Virus record (IMG/VR): IMGVR_UViG_3300048856_000133
Span: 1-48,954 of that record
Reading direction: 5' to 3' (one strand)
From: a virus
Lineage: Duplodnaviria > Caudoviricetes
Length of the DNA stretch: 48,954 nt
A model generated the notes under the pieces. That model saw only the letters and a list, made by a program, of their open reading frames with translations, had not been told where the DNA came from and ran no database searches. Each line of letters starts with the position of its first letter. Position 1 is the first letter of the stretch. Below, piece after piece: positions 42,638-48,954 of this stretch. The translations under genes were made by a program, and so were the position numbers.

Positions 42638-43033
42638 ATGAACGCGCACCTGCCACCCGCCCCCGTCATCGAGACCCAGCAGTTCCCATCAGCCGCCACC
42701 ATGGCGCACGAACTCGGCCAGGATCTCATGTTCGCCTACTGCGAGGAGAAGAACCGGGAATACTTCATCGCCCGTGCCGGCGAGAAGCTGACGCGGATCG
42801 GGCATGTGCTCGGGTTCGTGTTCAGCCGGGCCAAGCCGTACAGCGGGGAGCTGGCGATCCAGAAGATGGACGCGGCGATGTTCGACGCTGGCAAGCAGAG
42901 CATGGCGGATCTCGCGCATCGGTCTGCCGAGCGGGATTATTTCAAGAGCTACGCGGCAGAGCTGGCGGAACAGGTCACCCGCCTTGAAGCCGAAGTGCTG
43001 TCGCTGCGCAAGCGCGGGCGGGTGGCAGCATGA
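42638..43033 (+). CDS. Hypothetical protein
   Basis: GGAG RBS; C-terminal coiled coil. Confidence 0.6.
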   Translation: MNAHLPPAPVIETQQFPSAATMAHELGQDLMFAYCEEKNREYFIARAGEKLTRIGHVLGFVFSRAKPYSGELAIQKMDAAMFDAGKQSMADLAHRSAERDYFKSYAAELAEQVTRLEAEVLSLRKRGRVAA

Positions 43034-43314
43034 GCGACGCCGCAGCATCCCCGAGCCGCAGGGCAATGGAAGCCGCTGTGGTGATGGAAGTCCATGCGGC
43101 ATGCGGGACGCAGACCGTCGCCAAGGCTGCTGAGATCGATCGCTTCTTCCCGGGGCACGACGCGGCCCTGTCCACGCTCAAGCTGTTTGTCGAGCGCATC
43201 GAGTCCAACGGCGAGTGGGACGACGGCTGCTTCTACTACGGCGGCCGGTCTGCCTCCGAGCTTCAAGAACCCCTGCTGCAGGCTCGCGAGATCATCGCAA
43301 AAGCCACCGCCTGA
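43030..43314 (+). CDS. Hypothetical protein
   Basis: Coupled; ends AREIIAKAT. Confidence 0.55.
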   Translation: MSDAAASPSRRAMEAAVVMEVHAACGTQTVAKAAEIDRFFPGHDAALSTLKLFVERIESNGEWDDGCFYYGGRSASELQEPLLQAREIIAKATA

Positions 43315-43377
43315 CGATGACCCGCCGCCGTCTCACACGGCGCCGGAGTGATCGCCAGACCCAACCGGAGAACCCGC

Positions 43378-43563
43378 ATGATCGCAGAACTCACCGAGGC
43401 CGCCCGCATCGCCCGCCATTTCGGCTCGGCTCTTGCGCAGGACGTCACTGCCCTGATCGCGCTGCTGCTGTTCGTCGGCGCCTTGGGCATGTGGACCGCG
43501 GATATCGCCAGCATGATCCGCCAGGACGCAGAGCGTCAGGTTGCGATGGGAGAGGCGCTGTGA
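43378..43563 (+). CDS. Small 1-TM protein
   Basis: DVTALIALLLFVGALGMW. Confidence 0.55.
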   Translation: MIAELTEAARIARHFGSALAQDVTALIALLLFVGALGMWTADIASMIRQDAERQVAMGEAL

Positions 43564-43841
43564 GCCGCCGCGGCACCGTCAGCGTCTATGTCGACGTCGA
43601 TGTCGACGGGATCATCGAGGACATCTCGGACGAGGATCTGATCGCCGAACTGAAGTCGCGCAAGGTCACCATACCTCAGGAACGGGCCATAATCGATTTG
43701 GCCGAAGAGGCTTTGACGTGGCTTCGATGCGGCAATGCTGCCGAGGCTCAGCTTGTTCTGGAGCGGACGCTTTTCCCGGAATGGTCGACGCCTATGGCCT
43801 GCCTGGAGAGCATCGCTAAGGCCAAGGAGGCAGGGGCATGA
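43560..43841 (+). CDS. Hypothetical protein
   Basis: VDVDVD..IEDISDEDLIAELKSR. Confidence 0.6.
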   Translation: MSRRGTVSVYVDVDVDGIIEDISDEDLIAELKSRKVTIPQERAIIDLAEEALTWLRCGNAAEAQLVLERTLFPEWSTPMACLESIAKAKEAGA

Positions 43842-44026
43842 CCAGCACCTATCGCCAGCAGGCCGAATACGTCGCCCTCACCGGACGCGAGATCGCCCAC
43901 CAAGCCGCATCACAGCGCCAGGCCGGAAAGACCGAGCAGGCGAACCTCACAGAGACCCGCCTGCCGATTTTGCGTGACGCCTACGCCACTCTCGACAAGC
44001 TCGCAAAGGCACAAAGCAATGGATGA
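43838..44026 (+). CDS. Hypothetical protein
   Basis: Coupled small ORF. Confidence 0.5.
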   Translation: MTSTYRQQAEYVALTGREIAHQAASQRQAGKTEQANLTETRLPILRDAYATLDKLAKAQSNG

Positions 44027-44327
44027 CCCGTGGCACTGGTGGCGTGAAGCGGTCGAGGGCCGCGTCGGGCCGATCCATAGCGATCCGGTCTGCGGGTATT
44101 TCCGGGTGAGAGATCGCCGCGGAGAGTTCCGAAATGTCGCGGCCATCAAGCGCCCATGGGTGCCGGTCGCGATCTGGATGGACGGCGACGCGATGGTTGC
44201 CGAGCTGGGTGGCGAGGAAGTCTCCGTCGATGCGGCGTGGCCGTACTGCGCCAAGAACCCGATCCCTTTCGATGAATACGCCCATTGGCATGAACACGGC
44301 TGTTGGCCGGAAAGGAAAGTCGCATGA
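44019..44327 (+). CDS. Trp-rich hypothetical protein preceding the recombinase
   Basis: P.CGYFRVR...WVPVAIW...WPYCAKNPI. Confidence 0.65.
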   Translation: MDDPWHWWREAVEGRVGPIHSDPVCGYFRVRDRRGEFRNVAAIKRPWVPVAIWMDGDAMVAELGGEEVSVDAAWPYCAKNPIPFDEYAHWHEHGCWPERKVA

Positions 44328-45148
44328 GCAACGTGACCACACTCACGCCGATGGCGTCAGGCGCCAAGATCCAGGCCATCGTGCCGCAGACGATGGAAGA
44401 GGCCTACCGCCTCGGCAAGGCCGTCTGTCTCGCCGGCATGGCGCCGAAGGGCATGGACACCCCCGAGAAGTGCATGATCGCAATTATGCAGGGCATGGAA
44501 GTCGGGTTGAGCCCGATGCAGTCTTTGCAGCGCATTGCCGTCGTCAACGGGCGTCCGACAATCTGGGGCGACGGCGCGATGGCGCTGGTCCGTGCATCCG
44601 GCTCCTGCGAATTCGTCCGTGAGAGTGTCCGCGGCGAAGGCGACGCGCGCACCGCTGGCTGCGTCGTCAAGCGCCGTGGAGAGCCGGAAGAGGTGACGCG
44701 CACCTTCTCCGTCGCCGATGCCAAGAAAGCCGGTCTGTGGGCCAAGCAGGGGCCGTGGTCGCAGTATCCCGACCGGATGCTCCAGATGCGCGCCCGCGCC
44801 TTTGCTCTGCGTGACGTGTTCGCTGACGTGCTCGGCGGCATGTACCTGCGGGAAGAGATGGACGAGACGCCAGAGCGCAAGATGGCGCCTCCCCCGCCAG
44901 CCCCGGCCGCCATTCGCCAAGAGGTTCAGCCGGCGATCGAGCACAAGGCCGAGCCGGAGCCGTTCAACGCGACCGAGTATTTCGAGGCAGTCGAACTGGC
45001 GATGGCTGGCGCGAAGACCGCCGAGGACGTGCAGGAAGTGTGGAACGAGTTCGACCCCGGCGGCACGTTCGACGGCGACGACACGAATCTCGCCATTGCT
45101 CACGCCATCCTCAACCGCCGTCTCGGCGAAATCGAGAAGGCCGCGTGA
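44324..45148 (+). CDS. RecT/Red-beta-like single-strand annealing protein
   Basis: G.EVGLSPMQSLQ.IAVVNGRP.IWGD, AKKAGLW.K.GPW.QYP.RML..RA...LRD.F.DVL.G. Confidence 0.85.
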   Translation: MSNVTTLTPMASGAKIQAIVPQTMEEAYRLGKAVCLAGMAPKGMDTPEKCMIAIMQGMEVGLSPMQSLQRIAVVNGRPTIWGDGAMALVRASGSCEFVRESVRGEGDARTAGCVVKRRGEPEEVTRTFSVADAKKAGLWAKQGPWSQYPDRMLQMRARAFALRDVFADVLGGMYLREEMDETPERKMAPPPPAPAAIRQEVQPAIEHKAEPEPFNATEYFEAVELAMAGAKTAEDVQEVWNEFDPGGTFDGDDTNLAIAHAILNRRLGEIEKAA

Positions 45149-45149
45149 C

Positions 45150-45590
45150 ATGGCAAAGGCAAGCGAGAAGGCCCCGATCTATGCCGTGAAGCGCAATGGC
45201 CGTCTGGAGCCATCGGCGCAGATCGATGAAGAGGCGTTCGACGCCATCGCGAACGGCTCCGAGGTCGAGCTGACGATCAAGCAGAAGCGCAGCACCGAAC
45301 GGCTGCGCCTCTACTGGTCCGTGGTCGGCGCCGTCGTCAAAGGCGGCTTCGGGCCATGGCAGACCAAAGAGGCTCTGTCGGATGCCCTCAAGCTCGCCTG
45401 CAACGTTACAGAGGTCCGCCGGACCCTGAGCGGCGACTACTACGTCGCGCCAGACAGCGTGGCCTTTGACCGGATGGGCGAGGCTGATTTCGGCGGCTTC
45501 ATGAACCGCGCCTTTGCGCAACTCGCCGAGCGCATCGGGTGTGATCCTGTTTCCCTCTTGCCGCAGCGTGAAGATCGGAGCGCAGCATGA
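45150..45590 (+). CDS. NinB/DUF1367-like recombination accessory protein
   Basis: KRS...RLYW...LK...PDSVAFDRM...F. Confidence 0.6.
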   Translation: MAKASEKAPIYAVKRNGRLEPSAQIDEEAFDAIANGSEVELTIKQKRSTERLRLYWSVVGAVVKGGFGPWQTKEALSDALKLACNVTEVRRTLSGDYYVAPDSVAFDRMGEADFGGFMNRAFAQLAERIGCDPVSLLPQREDRSAA

Positions 45591-45778
45591 GCCAGCCATC
45601 AATCCCCTTCACCGCCCTGTCTGATCTACGCTCCCGGCTTCCTCGACACAGCCGATACACCACTGGCGTCGACTACGTGATGCGCTGGGCCAAGGCCGAG
45701 CAGCTGCGGCAGGAGGTCGATTTCGTGTCCGAGTTCGAGGCATTGCTGAACGAAGAGATGCGCAATGGCTGCCCGTAA
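45587..45778 (+). CDS. Hypothetical protein
   Basis: Coupled small ORF. Confidence 0.5.
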   Translation: MSQPSIPFTALSDLRSRLPRHSRYTTGVDYVMRWAKAEQLRQEVDFVSEFEALLNEEMRNGCP

Positions 45779-46094
45779 GAGCTTCACCAAGAAGGAGCGC
45801 GCCAGGCTGTTCGGCCTCTACGCTGGCCGCTGCTACCTTTGCGAGGGTGCCATAGACGGGACCAAAGAGGCCTACGAGATCGAGCACGTGATTCCCTGGG
45901 CGCTGACCCAGGACGACAGCGACGGCAACCTACGGCTCGCCCACGTCAAATGCCACAAGGCCAAGACTCACGGCGCCGAGCGATCGATGCTGAACAAGGT
46001 CGAGCGGCAGCGGCTGAAGAACGCGGGCCATTGGCCGAAGTCGAAAGCCAAGATCCCCTCCCGTCCATTCCAGAGCGCAAGGGGAGCGCCATGA
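45765..46094 (+). CDS. HNH endonuclease family protein
   Basis: CYLC...IEHVIP...NLRLAHVKCH..KT. Confidence 0.8.
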   Translation: MAARKSFTKKERARLFGLYAGRCYLCEGAIDGTKEAYEIEHVIPWALTQDDSDGNLRLAHVKCHKAKTHGAERSMLNKVERQRLKNAGHWPKSKAKIPSRPFQSARGAP

Positions 46095-46213
46095 CCGCTC
46101 CCGCCAACATCCCCTACCGCCAGAGCGACGAACCCGCACTGGACTATTACGAGCGCGTCGCCCGCCTGGCTGACGAGGATCAAGACTATCAAGCGTGGAG
46201 GGCAGCACGATGA
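46091..46213 (+). CDS. Small hypothetical protein
   Basis: Coupled on both sides. Confidence 0.45.
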   Translation: MTAPANIPYRQSDEPALDYYERVARLADEDQDYQAWRAAR

Positions 46214-46974
46214 GCATTGAAGACAAGGCCGGCGCGGATGTTGTGATCGAGGCCATTCCACTCGAATGGGCGCACGACGAATACATCTCTCGGGCGGAAA
46301 GCGCGTTTGACTGCTACAAAGTTTTCGCGCACGGCCCGCACATGCCCGGACGATGGACGACGGGGTGCGAGATCGGCCGCGACTTCCCATCGCGGGAAGC
46401 TGCCGTCGAGGCGGTGAACACGAACTATCGCGAACGCGCCCTTGAAGCCGTTCGCCTCGTACCTGCGCCTCCCCCATCAGATCCCCGCCAGCAGCCGGAC
46501 AGCGAGCCCGGCGCAGGGCCGGCGCTGGCAGAGGGGACCGTGGGCGAGTTGCGGGGGCCCGTGCGCGAGGCCGTCAGCCGGTTGATCGCCGGAGCGTTCC
46601 GGCGCGATGGCGAGCGCCTAGGCGACGACAAGCGCCCTCGGTTCTCGATCCCCGCTCGGCCTGACGAAGACGACGACCTTGTGGTGTCGGCTGCGATCAA
46701 GCGCGCCGCCGACGAGATCGAGCAGTTGCGGGTTCAGAACGCAATGAGAGTGACGGCCTATTGCCAACTGCACGAACTCTACTGCGGCACCGACGCCCGC
46801 GCCGAAGCCGCCGAGGCAAAGGCCGAGCGGATGCGGGTGGCGCTGGAGCTTCACCAAAACTGGCATCTGGCGCAGGAGGAAGCGGCTGACGGTACCGGCG
46901 GAGCCGACGCATATGTCGACAGCGCGATGTGCGACGCCACGCTGGCAGCCCTCGCCTCTACATCGGAGGGCTGA
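46210..46974 (+). CDS. Mosaic phage hypothetical protein (Ead/Ea22-like region)
   Basis: IPLEW start; AADEIEQLR coiled coil. Confidence 0.6.
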   Translation: MSIEDKAGADVVIEAIPLEWAHDEYISRAESAFDCYKVFAHGPHMPGRWTTGCEIGRDFPSREAAVEAVNTNYRERALEAVRLVPAPPPSDPRQQPDSEPGAGPALAEGTVGELRGPVREAVSRLIAGAFRRDGERLGDDKRPRFSIPARPDEDDDLVVSAAIKRAADEIEQLRVQNAMRVTAYCQLHELYCGTDARAEAAEAKAERMRVALELHQNWHLAQEEAADGTGGADAYVDSAMCDATLAALASTSEG

Positions 46975-47241
46975 GACGATGGCCGAGAAAATCTTGCATC
47001 GCATCCGAGCCGCATTCCGCGATGGCGAGCATGAACTGAGCTATCACGAACTGGCTCTGCGGGTTTTCCCCGGAGAACAGTTCCCGCGTGCATGGCGCTA
47101 TTCATCGAACGGCGGCCCGCCGGGTTGCTACATGGCACTCAGCGCCGCGCTGACTCGCTTCTCCATCCATTCGTATTTTGACGGCAAGCGGCGAGTAGTC
47201 CACCGCCCCGCCCCAGAGCAGGGCTGAGACGATGGCCGAGA
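46967..47241 (+). repeat. 22-bp direct repeat spanning stop-start junctions on both sides of one gene
   Basis: AGGGCTGAGACGATGGCCGAGA at 46967-46988 and 47220-47241. Confidence 0.9.
46979..47227 (+). CDS. Hypothetical protein (repeat-flanked cassette)
   Basis: YHELALRVFP...AWRYSSNGGPPGCYM. Confidence 0.65.
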   Translation: MAEKILHRIRAAFRDGEHELSYHELALRVFPGEQFPRAWRYSSNGGPPGCYMALSAALTRFSIHSYFDGKRRVVHRPAPEQG

Positions 47242-47687
47242 CAGCGCCGGCAGCTTGGCTGCAAGAGCACCCGCATTTCGGACAAGACTTGACGCTGCGC
47301 GGCAGACTGACATGGGTAGACGTGTCGGATGGGTGGAAGGAAACGCCCCTCTACGCCCCCGGCACCGACCCGGCCATCGCCACCCTGACCGCCGCCAACG
47401 AACGGCTCCAGCGCGAGCTGGACGCCATGCGGGCGGAAAGGGGTGCGGCGGCCGAGGCGCTGAGCGCTACGCGGTCGGCGATCGTCAAAACGATAGAAGC
47501 CAAACGCCCCTTTGCGTCCTTCAATCAAGAGGTCAACGGCGCCCCCACCCGCTGCCAAGGCGAGACTGAATTCATGACCGTTAAGGAGGCGAAGCGCCTG
47601 ATGCAGGACATGTACTCGGAGCTAAACCGCGCCCTTGCTGCGCTCGACGCCACCAGCGCCCTCGCCAAACAGGAGCCAACGGCATGA
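47232..47687 (+). CDS. Phage hypothetical protein
   Basis: PAAW...ETPLYA plus coiled coil. Confidence 0.6.
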   Translation: MAETAPAAWLQEHPHFGQDLTLRGRLTWVDVSDGWKETPLYAPGTDPAIATLTAANERLQRELDAMRAERGAAAEALSATRSAIVKTIEAKRPFASFNQEVNGAPTRCQGETEFMTVKEAKRLMQDMYSELNRALAALDATSALAKQEPTA

Positions 47688-48235
47688 GCGACAACACCGA
47701 AGCGCTGAAGCCATGCCCGTTCTGCGGATGCGCGGCGAAAATGATCTCGGGTGGCCCTGGCAACTACTTTGTCCAGTGCACCTCGTGCCGCGCTGGGACG
47801 GATGACGTGCATCGCGACCACGCAGTTGAACTTTGGAACACCCGAGCAGCTCTCTCCGTAGAGGGGAAGCAGCCGGTGGCGGTGAAGGCGCTGGAGTGGA
47901 AAAACCTCGACAACGGGACAGCTTGGGCGTCTTCCATCTTCGGGCTGACATACCAGGCGGCGCAAGATGGGTGGCGTCACCGAAATGGCGTTTACACCCC
48001 CGCTACTGGGTTGGAAGCCGCCAAAGCCGCCGCACAAGCCGACTTCGACTGGCGCGTCCGCTCCTGCCTAGCCGCCCCTCCCTCCCTCGAAGCCCTAAAG
48101 GCCGAGGCCCGCCGGGAAGCTCTGGAGAAAGCGGCGAAGGTGGCCAAGCTCGCGGCCGAAGAAGGCGCGAACCCATGGCTGATCGAGCAGAACATCCTGT
48201 CGCTCATCCCTTCCGAGAAGGAGCCGAAGCCGTGA
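47684..48235 (+). CDS. Lar-family zinc-ribbon fusion protein
   Basis: LKPCPFCG...VQCTSC...AVELWNTR, followed by VKALEW...AAKAAAQAD. Confidence 0.75.
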   Translation: MSDNTEALKPCPFCGCAAKMISGGPGNYFVQCTSCRAGTDDVHRDHAVELWNTRAALSVEGKQPVAVKALEWKNLDNGTAWASSIFGLTYQAAQDGWRHRNGVYTPATGLEAAKAAAQADFDWRVRSCLAAPPSLEALKAEARREALEKAAKVAKLAAEEGANPWLIEQNILSLIPSEKEPKP

Positions 48236-48546
48236 AGCTCATCCACACATTCGCGGCCGGTGATCATGTGCCATCCTGGATGATGGACGCCGAACCAAAC
48301 ACGCCTCAGTCGAAGGCCCCGGACGTGGTCTTCATCGTTGGCGGCGGGGTCTACGAACACCAGGAGCGCTATTGGGTCATAGCCGACGATTTGGACGGCA
48401 CGTGCATCAGCATCGACAACGGGACGGACATCACCTGCTTCGCCGCGAGCAAGGCCATCGTCATCCCCGTCCGTTTTGCCACCATCGGAGGCGGTCGCGG
48501 CGAGACGGTCAGGTTCCCCGACAGCTCTTCCGAGACGGAGGGCTGA
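48232..48546 (+). CDS. Hypothetical protein
   Basis: GTG start overlapping the previous stop. Confidence 0.5.
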   Translation: MKLIHTFAAGDHVPSWMMDAEPNTPQSKAPDVVFIVGGGVYEHQERYWVIADDLDGTCISIDNGTDITCFAASKAIVIPVRFATIGGGRGETVRFPDSSSETEG

Positions 48547-48547
48547 G

Positions 48548-48814
48548 ATGAACACCGCAATGCTCCTGATGGCGCAGTACAACACGGCCATCGTTCCGAT
48601 CGAGCGCGTCTGCCAGGATTATTTCCGGCACCTGACGGTCAAGAAGCTGTCCGAGAAGATCGCCCGCGGCGAGATCCGGTTGCCGCTCACCCGCATCGAG
48701 GACAGCCAGCGGGCGGCCAAGGGCGTTCACATCACGCACCTTGCCGAATGGGTCGACGCCCGGATGGTGAAGGCCGAGAAAGAGACCAATCAGCTCGCGC
48801 CACATGCGGCATGA
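48548..48814 (+). CDS. Pyocin activator PrtN-family protein, probable excisionase/recombination directionality factor
   Basis: MNTAMLLMAQY...VCQDYF.HL...SQRAAKGVH..HLA.W.D; last gene before att. Confidence 0.85.
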   Translation: MNTAMLLMAQYNTAIVPIERVCQDYFRHLTVKKLSEKIARGEIRLPLTRIEDSQRAAKGVHITHLAEWVDARMVKAEKETNQLAPHAA

Positions 48815-48835
48815 GTACGTCATTCAGTACGTCAT
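48814..48835 (+). repeat. Putative integrase arm-type sites, AGTACGTCAT x2
   Basis: 48814-48823 and 48826-48835; reverse complement shares GACGTAC with 1100-1129. Confidence 0.65.
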
Positions 48836-48881
48836 CGGCAGTCAAGATGGAGGAAAGCCTTGCGCTATATGGCCCCAAGTT

Positions 48882-48954
48882 TTATGATGTCCCATCGATC
48901 ATCGGCGCCACGGCGAACGACGGGAAATGCGCGCCCAAGGCGATTGTCGGCTGA
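48882..48954 (-). pseudogene. dusA: Displaced original 5' end of dusA, truncated by integration
   Basis: Minus strand reads ...QPTIALGAHFPSFAVAPMID-GTS-stop; the frame runs off the window edge. Confidence 0.8.
48895..48918 (+). repeat. att core (right junction)
   Basis: Identical to 953-976. Confidence 0.95.

Larger units (their letters stand above)
953..48918. mobile_element. Complete dusA-integrated prophage (podovirus-type virion genes), about 47.9 kb
   Basis: Identical 24-bp direct repeats at both ends; integrase, immunity, replication, recombination, packaging, head, tail and lysis modules are all present with no obvious frameshifts. Confidence 0.95.

Noticed and set aside
1-48954. CRISPR array, rRNA or IS transposase
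   Set aside because: No regularly spaced repeat-spacer array and no rRNA or transposase motifs seen

Overview
The window holds one apparently complete temperate prophage of about 47.9 kb in a GC-rich, probably alphaproteobacterial host. It is integrated into the 5' end of dusA (tRNA-dihydrouridine synthase A). A 24-bp att core (TCGATCATCGGCGCCACGGCGAAC) lies at 953-976 and 48895-48918. The phage supplies a new dusA N-terminus, and the displaced host 5' end sits at the right edge. Left to right: a dusA-type tyrosine integrase with a LexA-like box, then Arc/Lar/HD-hydrolase accessory genes; a minus-strand late operon (lysis cassette, WbqC moron, two tailspikes, T7/BPP-1-like podovirus ejection, tail and portal genes, an SPP1-like major capsid protein, terminase); a roughly 700-nt densely structured late leader; an early-right operon (SSB, truncated initiator, GapR, RusA, GcrA-like protein, N6-adenine methyltransferase, cII-like gene); a cro/cI switch with matched operators; a roughly 380-nt structured non-coding element; and an early-left operon (RecT-like recombinase, HNH, Lar, PrtN-like excisionase). 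The best novelty candidates are the two structured non-coding regions (one with a tRNA/pRNA-like fold and complementary loops, the other paired with an initiator lacking its DNA-binding domain), the WbqC moron beside the tailspikes, and gene cassettes bracketed by junction direct repeats. All protein assignments come from motif recognition by eye; no database search or folding program was run.
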